A DNA stretch of 62,944 nucleotides, the filler included, from Octopus bimaculoides (taxonomy: Eukaryota), in NCBI RefSeq assembly GCF_001194135.2. It is 5 parts of 3 records of this genome, joined end to end, with 100 filler letters (N's around TTAATTAATTAA, not from the genome) between each part and the next. Parts side by side here need not be neighbours in the genome. Positions count along the whole stretch, not along the records: positions 35,902 to 62,944 come from NC_068982.1; 4 more parts are not named here. One strand, given 5' to 3'. Under the pieces are notes generated by a model, which was given only the letters and a program-made list of their open reading frames with translations, had not been told where the DNA came from and ran no database searches. How positions within the stretch are numbered: the first letter of the stretch is position 1; each line of letters starts with the position of its first letter. Below are positions 50,394-62,944 of this stretch, in pieces. The translations under genes were made by a program, and so were the position numbers.

Positions 50394-51759
50394 GACAAAC
50401 GCACACGAACTCACATACACATATATTAAATCTCCTGTTGAAGACGGCGTATGAGCGTTCAGTTTTTGCTGAACGACCGGTGCAAATGATATGTTAAGAG
50501 TGATCAAACAGATATGCCTGAATAGGTGCACGTTGTACTATACGTCAGGTGTCGAAATTGTCACAGACCAACGTGAGATAAAAGACACTCAAAGACACAC
50601 ACACACACATACATACATTTATATATACACACACACACACACGTGTATGTATGCCCAAACACATACACAGATATATACATATGCGTGTATGTGCATAAAG
50701 GTATGTGCGTGGGATTTTATGCTATTGCATACTATTGTAAATTGTTATGAATTTGTTCCCAAGCGAGTAAAGAAACGAAATCCGTTTTTAGTTAACCATT
50801 CGATAATTGAAAACAAAATTCGATAAAATATGCACGATACTAATTGACAAACTATCTTGAACGTGCTTTTCTATTATGGCTGGTTTTCAATGTGTGAAAC
50901 AAGTAAAATAATACACCTTGTGCTTAATTTCTAAAGAACAAGAAACGAAAACCAGATTCACACAGGGTGTTCTGAACTGTGAACATAGAGATATTATATT
51001 GAATATTGGTGGTAGGAAGTATTTTGGCAGACATTTTCCTATTTTCGAGTTTACTGCTAATTGTCACCGCCATCATCATCATTAATCTTCTGTCTTCATT
51101 TTATTAAGCTGGCATGTCTTAAATAAGTTACCTCTATGGCGCCCCATCGTCATCATCTTCAACATAATGTCTAGCATACTACGATCAGGTTTTATCATTT
51201 CTCTCATATTTTTATCGGTATTGTTAATTCAGAGACTTCTTTTTCTTGAATCCCATGATAAACCTTTACTCAACTGAGATGCTTACATACATACCGCATG
51301 TGTATACCGTAGTTTTCTCCCTTGAATAGAAAGAAATAATACGAGAGCACTTCTTTAATCAGACATAGTATATGACTGCAACATTACTTCCAACTCATTA
51401 AAAAGGATCAAGTATAGAGCAGATGATGTAGAATCATAAAGATAGTAAAAATTAACCAGTATCTAAAATATCTACCCAAGTACCCATCACCGTCTTTAAT
51501 CACTAGTATCTTCCGAGAGTAGGATACTTACTTAAGTAGTTGAATACATATGCGTGTATGTATGTGTGTTTGTATGTGGGTGTATGCATGTGTATACATG
51601 AGGACACATGACCTAGTGGTCAGGTTGTGGCACTCACGATTGTGGTATGCGTGTGAGTGTGTGTATGTGTTTGTGTTTGTGTGTGTATGTGTGTGTGTGT
51701 ACCTATGTGTGAGTGTGAGTGTGTTTGTATTGCTAAATATGCTCCCTCAATGCTGCCTA

Positions 51760-52070
51760 TGTTCAAGGATAGATTGAGACTCAAAGACGTGACGAGATGA
51801 TCAGACATGCTGACTAAGCGGTGTATATGGTTTACTACCCACGTGTTTCGATTACTCCAGGAAATATATGCCACCATAGTGATGGAGTAAACGCTGGAAT
51901 AAGGATAAAGACCGAGAGGAATATCAAGGAAGACATGGAACAGTACGTTCCGGCACCACATGATAGCGATGGGAATTGGCCTCAGAAGAGCCAAGAGGAA
52001 AACGAACATTCGAGATGTCTGATGAAGGCTTGTTGCCGGTTGTGCTTACCGTACTGGACTATCTAAGAGA
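51760..52070 (+). mobile_element. Highly decayed LINE (RTE-like) C-terminal remnant
   Basis: RLRLKDV..W..HV.R..KTERNI..RWNST-like residues across frameshifts. Confidence 0.4.
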
Positions 52071-55000
52071 TAAGACAGATATTATGTGGGCTGTAGGTAT
52101 TCTCTCTTGATATAGTCCAGTAACTACTCCTTGAATTCTTCTCGGAAATGTAATGAACAAGAAAACAGTTGTAAAAAATAAGTTTTTACTCCCTTCTATT
52201 TGAACATTAATATCTTTCAAACGAGCTTTTTGAGATGACTGACACTTTTCATTCCTAAAACTTAGGAAATTTAAATGGCTTGTGAAAGAGGTGGGAATTA
52301 GATAAATTACGCATATGAATATGTTTTGGTTTGTCTGAGGATAAATGTTGCAATTTTAAAATTTAGTAGTTGTTTAAATGTGCCTGACTTCATTACAACC
52401 CTATCGCCATTGTTCTATTTGAAACTTAATATTACTATCATATAATCTCTTGGAAGACGAAGTGAATAAAGAGACAAGGGTTATAAGAAAGACTAAACGA
52501 AATGAAAGTTTCAGAAATAATTATTCCTGGTTTAGGTTTGTTCAGAACATAATATGAAATCGCCATTGAGTGAATATCTAATAAAGTTGATTGATTGATT
52601 GATTATATTAACATGTTAGAAACAGAATTCCTATCCGGCATAATACATCATGCTAGCCATGCGTGAATACTCAATCACCGACATTTGATGTATAGGAATC
52701 TAGGAGTAATGTTTAGATAAGCATGTCAGGTGTATCTCTATTGATCAACAGAATTGGCAGAGATTCCCGACACTTTCATAACGGATATATTAACATCACA
52801 TCCCTGTTATCAGCTAAATTAAACATTATAGTAATTTAATGGAACTTGCTTCATTATCCAGTTGTTCTGAAGAACAGCATGTGATCGCTCACAGTCGAGT
52901 CAGAAGACAAAAGTAAAGAATAATGGACTTAAAGTAGTCTGCTTTCAGGCAAATATATATTTAAAGTTCCTTCTAAAGTTATCTGGACACCCGTTGTTAT
53001 TTCAAGAAATTACATTCTCTTACAAGTAGCATCAAATAAACTATCATAATATATTTTCAGTAGTGTATCTTTTACTAGAAGTAACATGTTTTTAAACAGT
53101 TGCTAATTTCCCCCTCCAACCATGTACATATGTTTTGTGATACTCTAATTTATATATCGGCAAGCATGGCGTGGTCTACTCTTCTGTAAGGAAATCCAAT
53201 AACTCCGAAACATGTCACAGGGTTGAAAAATATATTAGTTATTCAGATAACGTTGTCTTTCCTTACCAACTTCATCATTATTAATTAATATTCTCATATT
53301 TAATAAAACATATGTTTTAACGCTAACATAACTGTTGTTTTTCAAGCAAATGGCATCACTGAAAAATTTTCGTTGGTAATCAGTTCTGTCGATGTGCAGC
53401 TCAGGTTATCAATAACAAATTATGAAAAAGATCCAACCCCTAACCACTCCATCGTATCATGCGTGTCTAGGACTAGTTTATCAAGTGAGTCGCTCCCCTT
53501 TGTAATGTGGTATGGTGTTATTTCAGGAAGATTTGTTTGCTATTTCTAGCATAGTCAAACGACAGCGAACAAGTTTTCTCCTCTGCTCGGAAAATCGTTT
53601 TTTGGAGAGATGCTTGTTTTTTTTTTCTTACATTCATAACAAATGGCAGTAATTCAAGCGTTTTATGGTGCAAAACATGTTTTGGCATTCTTATAGAATA
53701 AAAGTGGAAGAAATTACCATCAGACGATAAAACTCGCTAGAATCCTTGAAACAGAACAGAATTCGCAAAAATCATTGAAGAGACCAGGTGTTGGTGTTTA
53801 ATGGAATGAAGGAATAGGTCTACAACACAAGAATAAGAATGGTGGGATTTTTATACTTAGAGAACATAACATCTGCAACAGACACATTCTTGCAAGCTTT
53901 TTGAATATTGTCAAATTCAGTATCTAATTAACAATTGTAAGCGGATCAGTTACGAAGTCAAACAGGCGACAATCGTTACAATGAAAGGTAGCCTTATTCC
54001 ACTTATTGTCATATAAATTACCTGACATGGGTGATTAGTATTAATTAATAGTGAAAATTATATTTTGAAAGTGAGTAGAAAACTAATGCTGCGTGAGGGA
54101 AATGAAAGCTACATTAATCAGCACAAGAATACAGTTCACATATTTGAAATGCCTCACTAATCATAATCATCTACTTTTCAATTAATTTATAGGAAAATGT
54201 CATTTTGTTTGATAGTCAATGTTATTATTTCAATCAAATCTGGCTAGTTGTCTGCTATTGATGTTTTTTTCCCATTTTACGGATATTCTATTTAGCTTTG
54301 AACCTCAACAATTTCCATACACCATATCCGTGTCTACTAGTTATAATTAAAACCTCTCAATGCATCTTTCCTAAAACAGAAATATCTGGAACACCTCTGT
54401 TTTACAATATTTTCTTCAAATAAAATTTCCGCATCAATCCAGCTTATTCATTAATCAGGATGATTCCACGAAAATTTCCGATAACACAGGCCAGCAAAAT
54501 ATCTGTTGTCAAAAAACTGGACCTTAATTAGCGATTTTTTGAGACACAGAATTCGAAATTAACATCTACTTATTACCATTACCTTCAGATTGTAAGATAC
54601 CGGATCCACGTTATTTTATTATCTTGTTTTTGTTTGTTTTCTTTCCAATTTGCATCATATTATAATTCATGATGGGCTACAGTATAGGACTAAATACTTC
54701 CCGGCAAAGAGAATCCAGCGTGCTGTAATAAGTGTGATTTGCACTAAGCTAGCAAACTTCGTTTAATACTACTAGAGGACTAAACTTTTGGATCTGCTAA
54801 TTTATATTATTCGCATAATTAACATAGGAAATACCATCAAACATTGTAAAATGTATCTAAGCTTCAGAACGCCATCAATAGGCTATGAGACTAATCATAG
54901 CTCTGATGCAATGAACAAGCTATAATTCCATGGACAAACAAATCATGATGCTAAACGAGGTAAAAGTGGACCTCGTAGAATCATATAATATCAACAATTT

Positions 55001-56313
55001 ATGCTGTAGTGTACACGTCAATAATAAATTCAATAGAGTCGGAGAATGCGATCATGTTTCCTTACAAATTTCAAGTCTACAGATTCTGAAACCCTCATAC
55101 CTCATTTCTCTATACTTAGACGAAACCCACCCCTTGAATACTAAGGCTTCCTATAGTATTACAATATGAAACACAAGGTTATGTGAATTGATGCACCCTG
55201 CAGATCGACAGCAAGAAGTAAAGGGCAAGACATGGCATCAGTTTTAGAATTGTCTTAAACGCCCGACTCTCTTGACTTTCTTTATTAGAATGTCTGAAAT
55301 TGGGAGCAGGTTATGGCTATATTTCATGATGGATTTTATATTTTTAATTATTTTATTCATGAATTTTAATTTCCTTCTCAAGCAGCCACCGAAGTGTCTT
55401 TTCCAGTTTTTTGTATATACATCAAGAAATAGTTTCCATATGTCTGTAGTGATTTTTGGTAGACCATGATCACTACATTGGCCATCACTAGATTAGGAAA
55501 GTATGAAGCTGTTTTCATCTCTATCGCAGTCCTTGATATTTGTCGAAAAGTTTGTCATTGAATATAATGCACTTATTCTCTAAAATACATTTGAGCTTTT
55601 CTCATATATACTCTGTTTTATGCGGTGAGGTAGTTCACCAACTAGAATTTAATGGTCTCAGTTGCTATGCTGTGACCGATGTCTGAATAAATATTCACTA
55701 CATTGATAGAGACTATTATAGTTTTTCATTGACTGTTTTCGAAAAATTGTTTGGCATAACTGAGTCATTTTCCATGAAGCATCTAATGTACTTGAGGAAT
55801 GGCTTTAACAGAATATATATGAAATTACTGAATCGTTGAATTTTACATGCTGCATCAGTTATTGTTGATCTTAATTTTAAGGGGAACTGATGTAAATATC
55901 AGCGGTTTTTTTTGCATACTAATAGTTTTAAGAACTTTATAGAGGAGACCAGATTTACATCTAAAGTTGGTCAAAGCGTTGCATACTCTGTTAGTGAGAC
56001 GGTCTCTGTCAAAATTTATTAATATTTTGATTCGCTTTATTTGTTGTTTAGTGTAGTCATGGAACTCCTCATAGTGTGTATCGTCATGTACTATGAATAA
56101 TACAAGATTTTTGTAGTACCTTTAACGTCCTATCGTTGTTTCTCTATCATATTTTTATTTGCTTATGGTGTCCCATTTATTCTTCCTTGAGTTTTGTTTC
56201 TTTACTTGGATTTTTTTTAGTGTTGATATTTGAAATTTAAAACATACACAGAAATCATCTAAAGATTTGCTCGTTGCTTTAGTGGAGTTATATATATATA
56301 TATATATAATTAA

Positions 56314-57437
56314 TAATATCAAAGGGTAATTAGAAATATTAGTAATCTCTACTACCAGTGGCCTAGCGTGTAAAAATTTAGTCCATAAACTATATATTAT
56401 TCATATAAATACAGTGTACATTCAAACACATAAGAGGTATCCCTTATAGAATTCGCTCACGCTAGAAAGAACAGCTAAGTTCCAAACCACTAGTAGGGAT
56501 AAAATTTCGAAGGGAATGAAAAATAAAAAGAAACATTTACCATCTAGCTCCTGGACCAATGGTTTATGATTATTTTAGCAAATAAAATAATTTGCTAAGT
56601 GAAGGTTTCATCACCAGGTACATACATATTAAACATATATACACGAGGCAATCTAGTATATGCCCCATACATATACATTCTAATTTTTCAAATCTACCGC
56701 GCAAATGCAGCTCCTTGTCAGAAATAAATAAAAAATTCCGGTGTTTAAATTCGAAAATTATCCAGAAAAAATTATCAATAATTAATATCAAAGGGTAATT
56801 AGAAATATTAGAAATTTCTACTACCAGTGGCCTAGCGTGTAAAAATTTAGTCCATAGACTATATATTATTTATATAAATATAGTGTACATTTAAACACCT
56901 AAGCGGTATCCATCATAGGATTCCCTCACGCTAGTAAGAACAGCTAAGTTCCAAACGTCTTATGGTTACCTCTTCTGTGTTTAAATGTACACTATATTTA
57001 TATGAATAATATACAGTCTATGGACTATATTTTTACACGCTAGGCCACTGATAGTAGAAATTTCTAATATTTCTAATTACTCTTTGATAATTCTCGAATT
57101 CAAATGGCGGTATTTTTTACTTACTGCCGACAAGGAGCTGCGCTTGCGCGGTAGATTTGAAAACTTAGAATGTATAAGCATGGAGCATATACTGGATTGC
57201 CTCGTGTATATATGTTTAATCTGGGTGTACCTGCTGATGAAGACTTCGCCTGGCATAGTATTATATTTGCTAACATAAGTCAGAAACTACTGGTCCAGGA
57301 GCAAGATGGTAAATGTTTTTATTTTTCATTCCCTTCGAAATTTTATCCCTAATAGTGGTTTGGAACTTCGCTGTTCTTTCTAGCGTAATGGAATTCTAGG
57401 ATGGATACATCTTAGGTGTTTAAACGTACACTCTATA
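56314..57437. mobile_element. ~469-bp unit in tandem (1.4 copies) plus one inverted copy; Penelope-pLTR/retrozyme-like
   Basis: taatatcaaagggtaattag at 56314 and 56783. The reverse-complement copy spans ~56958-57437 and carries a hammerhead-like motif. Confidence 0.75.
57227..57302 (+). ncRNA. Type I hammerhead ribozyme-like motif
   Basis: CCTG(57230-33)-CTGATGA(57234-40)-A-GACTT..AAGTC-A-GAAA(57283-86)-CTACTG-GTC(57293-95)-CAGG(57296-99). All core boxes are in order with three pairable stems, but 10.1/11.1 is A.A. Confidence 0.6.
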
Positions 57438-58015
57438 TATGTATATAGTTGCTTTTGTTTCAAAGTAGTACAGTAATTCGGCGACTTTTAAATTGCTAGA
57501 GCGTTTGCAAATATCGTCGTTCACACCCTTGTAACAATGTCTTTGAAGGCTGTGCAAATTGAGTAATAGCTGTTCCAGTTACTGCTACTATCGAATAACA
57601 ATGTCAGGAGACGAAATTCAGCATCATGTGATATTTAGTAGAAAAAGCATGTAGAATTCTGATACTTATAACAAGACAGCTAACCTATTTCAGTTTTTGT
57701 TCCTTCTATTCTTTCATTTCAACATGATTAAATTGACGTTTTCAGCGGTTGAAACCGCACCGGAAGCATATTTTGATAAAGATGTAAATGCTTTCTTTTA
57801 TTAAAGATGAAGATTTCAACGCTTTTTCTTCTTAAATATAAATTTACTCATGCGAAACCTCATAATATTTTATGTATACGTCTGTGTGTATATGGAGTAC
57901 TTATAAGTGAGCGTGTGCCTGTGTATGTATGTTTGTTGGTTTGTGTTTCGTATTGCAGGTCTGCGGTCTATAGTGAATTTAAACTTGAATAGAATGTGTG
58001 TGTGTATACTCATGC

Positions 58016-58053
<38 letters not shown>

Positions 58054-58396
58054 NNNNNNNNNNNNNNNNNNNNNNNNNNNNNNNNNNNNNNNNNNNNNNN
58101 NNNNNNNNNNNNNNNNNNNNNNNNNNNNNNNNNNNNNNNNNNNNNNNNNNNNNNNNNNNNNNNNNNNNNNNNNNNNNNNNNNNNNNNNNNNNNNNNNNNN
58201 NNNNNNNNNNNNNNNNNNNNNNNNNNNNNNNNNNNNNNNNNNNNNNNNNNNNNNNNNNNNNNNNNNNNNNNNNNNNNNNNNNNNNNNNNNNNNNNNNNNN
58301 NNNNNNNNNNNNNNNNNNNNNNNNNNTATATATATATATATATATATGTATATACATTATATAAATATACCTATATATGTATATATGTACATATCC

Positions 58397-58430
<34 letters not shown>

Positions 58431-60624
58431 ATATATATATATATATATACACACACATATAGATCCTATGCATATTCAGTGTATGTGGAAAATGTACGAA
58501 TCAATGTAATTAAATTTCGCCCACCCGTATACTTTTTCCTTCACATACTTTTTTGTACACACATGAACAAAAATATGTACAGCCACATCCTTCCGTTTCA
58601 CAGATGCACGGCTATTGAATAAGTAGAATCTATTCGAATGTAAGTCTTTGATATAAAGATGCATATACAGGAAAAAGAAAAAATTAAAACCATGATATGC
58701 TACATAATGACTTTGGAGCAATGAAATAAGTAGGTACGAGGTTGAACATAGAATAAATGAAATTAGCTTATGAATATTAAAATACGAATGCACCTCATAA
58801 TAACGCTTTCTTTTTTCTGATGAAAAATTGTATAATATATAAATATATAAATATATGTATTTACAAAATCAAACATACATACAGACACGTCTATATATGT
58901 ATGTATATTTGTGTGTATTTCAAATAAGATTATAATATTATAGAAATGTAGAAGATAAAAATACTGCCAAATTCAATTGATTTTAAAATGCTCTGGATCA
59001 AAAAGCTGTAATTAGATGGATTAAAACGAGATAAAATTATCTTAGAGGAGGCCACATGCATAGCAAGAGTGTAACAAAGAAATGGCTTCAGTAGACAATT
59101 TAATTGGATTTCAAAACACTACAGAATAAAGCAATGGGAGTTGTTACTGGGGTGAATGTACAGGGTAACTAGAAATTTTTTCAGAAAAATTCTTATAATA
59201 TTTAGAAAAGAGTACTGTAAAATCCGAGTTATTTTTTTATCTGTCCCAAAGCAAAATTTACATGATATTTTAAGTTGGGCCAAAGGCTATTTTGGTTGGT
59301 AGTTTCAAGTATCTATTAGTTGCCAACCTAAGTTTTTTAAGCCATTGAGATTTTCATGTAAGGGAAGCATTTTGTTATTCTGACATAAGTGGTAACGCAA
59401 AAGGAACTGAATCTACTATGCCAATGAGGCCATGCATAACATCGAGACGACAAAATAATCTTAAAATCAGTTGTCTCCCTAATAACGAAATTAAACTTTG
59501 CTAATGCTTTTAGTTTAATAAAAGAATGTACATGGTGTTAAATACATTAACTAAGTGCGCTTTTAATGAAACCAATGCTGGACTTGGGCGAAATATTGTC
59601 GCTGAGTGAACGTTAGCATCATAAGTGACAGATTTTTTCCATTCCATTCAATAGTTCCCAGGTTTATCTAAGTTATAATGAAGTGTAGTTTTAGTTATAT
59701 AGCTTGAATATCAAGGATCTTTCGAAAGTTTTAGTGGGAACTTTCGTGATCCTGAAATTGAAGGGAGGTTACTTTTTTGTAATTCTCTAGCAATATTAGT
59801 TTTTACAGAATGTTTAAAGAAAAAGGTTTTCAGTAGTAATTACTGTTCACAAATTTTACATTGTATTACTGATGTAAGCTTTCACCATTCATCAGTTATA
59901 TACTTTATCACCATCTCATATATATATTATAGATACATACACGTATACATACCATCGTCTATGTAAATATGTATATGAATGAATATTTATACACTCAATC
60001 GGTTATAAATAAATACATACATACGAATTATGCTCACGGGGCTTATATTTCACACCAAATGTTGGAAATTTGAAACTTGGGTCAGCAGCTACCAAATATT
60101 TTAGCTCACAATAAATAGCTAAAATATAAAAATAAGTAGTATACAAACAATTTCGATTAAGTTTTCAAGACTCTGCTTGCATAGAATATGAATGTAATTG
60201 TTTTTCCATACATAACATTTTTTAGTGCTATATCTATATTTTCAAGCAATGCTTAGTTTTAAAATGTTTTGACAATGTTTTCTCAATATTTTCATATCTA
60301 CACCACCTGAGTTGAATCTAGTCTAATGTGAAACTGGTACCTTTTTTCTTTTCAATTCATCATTCATTTATATATTTCCCATGTTATACTTTAGATATCG
60401 GAATGTTAGGGGTAAAAATTTGAAGTATGTTTCTCTCTATTCATCTATTTCAGTTTATATTTCCCCTTCAAATAGTTGTATTTATTCTTTCTTCTAAACA
60501 CTGTACACAACCATTGTATATCGTGAATTTCATAAAATCTCTCGTAGATTTTGCTCAACACCATTATTCTATAAATTTCAATTGCTATTCAGCATCGTTT
60601 TCTTGACGTATGATGATTTCTTAC

Positions 60625-60775
60625 CGCTTCTTTCAGGATGTTTCCGAATTCTTCTGACAGATCTTCGGGATATCTGTCGAAGTCGTTAATAGTAGTAAAT
60701 TGGTTATTAAATTCCTCAGTATAACTTTCAGATGATTTATGAATATTGCATCCCCCAGGCCCCTTGATTCTATTG
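60625..60775 (-). CDS. Possible coding exon on the minus strand (acidic peptide)
   Basis: Donor GCG|gtaag at 60624-60620. Open frame NRIKGPGGCNIHKSSESYTEEFNNQFTTINDFDRYPEDLSEEFGNILKEA. The acceptor is weak and uncertain. Confidence 0.3.
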
Positions 60776-61097
60776 CTTTCAATATTAATTTCAAGATAAA
60801 AATGAGCAGCTGATCATATCAGCACGCAGCCTCCGGTGCAACTTAGCGAGTTAAGCTGAATTCATTTATCGCTTATTGCAGAGTACATAACCAGGATTAC
60901 GAAATTATTCACCAGTTGCAACCAGTGCTCAAAATAGTTGTTGCACATGGATATATCACTCAGTGTACAGAACTCAGTATATGTAGCTCCACTTTTTATT
61001 CCTTTCTCCTAATCCGTATTTCCAGCAATATTTAATTATCTATTTTGTCGGATCTCTAAACTAAGTGTAGCCTAATGAAAACTATTGCTTCTTGAAA

Positions 61098-62091
61098 ATA
61101 AGTGGTATCAAAGGGCTCCAGGACTAGTCCTGAAGGGCACCAACATATAGCAGCACAGGGCTGCGAGCGCAATTCGGGTTAACAGTGACCTTCATTAGGC
61201 AGTGTACCGAGAGACATTGCTGTTTTTGCTTCGCAAGTAGTGAACGTTGTGCTTTTTTTTATCACGTGTATGCTGTAGTCTGCGATAGTGTCGTGGATTG
61301 AAAGTAGGAACAAAGAGCCAACATGAAGCTTTGCGTTAAACTTGAGAATTATACTACAGAATAATTGAGCATACTTCGGCAAGCTTCCAGTGAGGAGGCA
61401 ATTGGCCATACACAATGTTTGGAGTGGCAGGGGCACTTTAAAAGCGAAAGAAAGTCCCTGGAAGACGATGAGCGATCTGGAAGATTGTAACGAGCGTCAC
61501 CTCCGAAAATGTGGAGAAAATTCATCAGCTTGTGCGTGAGTATTGTCGGAAGGCAATCAACGAAATTGCTGATGTTGTTGGTCTGTCGTATTGGTCTGTG
61601 CAGGTAATCCTAACGTCAGAATTGAGCATGCGGCGTGTTTATGCTAAGTTTGTCACCCGCATGCTGAGCACTGAGCAGAAACATCATCACATCGAAATCT
61701 GTCAAGACTTCCGCCAGTGAGCCGTTGCTGACCAATCCTTCATGTCATGGATCATCATTGGTGACTAGAATTGGGTCTACGGGTACGACCCTGAGACGAA
61801 GCAGCAGTCGACACAAAGGAAGAAGCCTTCATCTTCACAACCGAAGAAGGTACGCCAGAGTTCTCACTCGTGAGTTTGTCGCCAAAAACAACATGATAAC
61901 GCTTCCGCACCATTCGCCAGAATTACCACATGCAGACTTCCAGGATGGATTCCAAATGTTGCTGAAACGTTGGGGCAGGTGTGTTGCTGCACAAGGTGAC
62001 TATTTCAAAGGAGACGACGTTAAATCTGAGGTAAATAAGTTATTGTTTAATTAAACATAAGTAGATCAGAAACCTTTTGATACCACCTCGT
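61098..62091 (+). mobile_element. Mariner transposon, internally deleted, both TIRs present
   Basis: Left agtggtatcaaagggctcca / right agaaaccttttgataccacctcgt. Decayed transposase has SLEDDERSG, MRRVYAKFVTRML, IIIGD*NWVYGYDPETKQQS and RWGRCVAAQGDYF. Confidence 0.92.
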
Positions 62092-62444
62092 GCATCATGA
62101 ATTGTATGTTATTGAATGTTGAAGATTGATCAAAGAATATTGACTGACTTCTAAAGAGAGAAATAGATCTCATACTTGATAAGATATATATGTCATTGCT
62201 ATTATCTAATTGCTAAGAAATTATATGTCGGCAAAAGTTTTGAAGTTGCATTGATAAGGTTCGAATATTAATGGGGATGTTAAGTAAAGAGAAATCGTCT
62301 ATTGTAATGAATGTGTCGCGATGAGACGGTCTAAGAAGAATGATAACAGGGGGTTACATAGTTAACCAGGTTTATTTAAAAAATAGTTTATTTGACTGAA
62401 CAATTTATTGTATTTTGTCAAAAGGAAGAGCGTCGTGTGTGTGT

Positions 62445-62680
62445 GTGGGGGGGGGGGGGTATTTGTATGTGTGTATATCTTTATGTCAGTTTGTTTTCCC
62501 CAAAATCGTTTGATAACGGTGCTGGTAATTTTACGTCCCCATAGCTTAGCAGCTCGGCAAAAATTAGAATAAGTCCTGGTTTCGATTTGTTCGACTAAAA
62601 AACCATGCTGAAGCACCACCCTTCGTAGTGGTACTCCAGCATGGCCATAGTCAGATGACTGAAACGAGTAACAGAATAAA
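62445..62680 (+). mobile_element. SINE family A, 3' half
   Basis: 'tacgtccccatagcttagcagctcggcaaaa..gtactccagcatggccatagtcagatgactgaaac'. Confidence 0.75.
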
Positions 62681-62944
62681 TGTAAACGGATAAACATGCA
62701 TATATATCAATATATGTATATGTGCATGTTTATAGGTATGTGTGTATGCGAGTATCGGATTGAGTGTAGATACATTTCTTTTATTAGCCACACAGGAGGA
62801 CAAATACGATGTAGAGCTTTTCTTTTGGGGAGGGGAAAAAAGTGGGGGTGTCGATCAAAAGGGATCGTAGGAAGGGAAAAAGGGGCGAGTTCGATCAAAA
62901 GGGATCGAGAAAAAAAAACCATCAATAGGGATCGTGTATCACAC

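Noticed and set aside
26936-50531. 200-390 aa ORFs containing X runs
   Set aside because: They are created by N gaps and flanking (TA)n/(GA)n tracts.

Overview
AT-rich, gap-riddled, repeat-dense eukaryotic draft-genome DNA. The mix of tRNA-derived SINEs, RTE and Dong/R4 LINE relics, Tc1/mariner fossils and abundant di-/tri-/tetranucleotide microsatellites suggests an octopod cephalopod (inference, not verified). There is no complete gene. Host coding evidence is limited to isolated exons: a 187-codon + strand exon at 6592-7152, a thioester-protein (CD109/A2M/TEP-like) exon at 21982-22154, two phase-compatible small + strand exons (43129-43248, 49263-49329) and a possible - strand exon near 60.7 kb. 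Most ORFs in the supplied track are microsatellite or N-gap artefacts. The most striking signal is a type I hammerhead-ribozyme-like fold at about 57227-57302. It sits inside a ~469-bp unit arranged as partial tandem plus inverted copies (Penelope pLTR/retrozyme-like). The window also holds many long inverted repeats that could form dsRNA. All coordinates were read by eye, and transposon boundaries are approximate.
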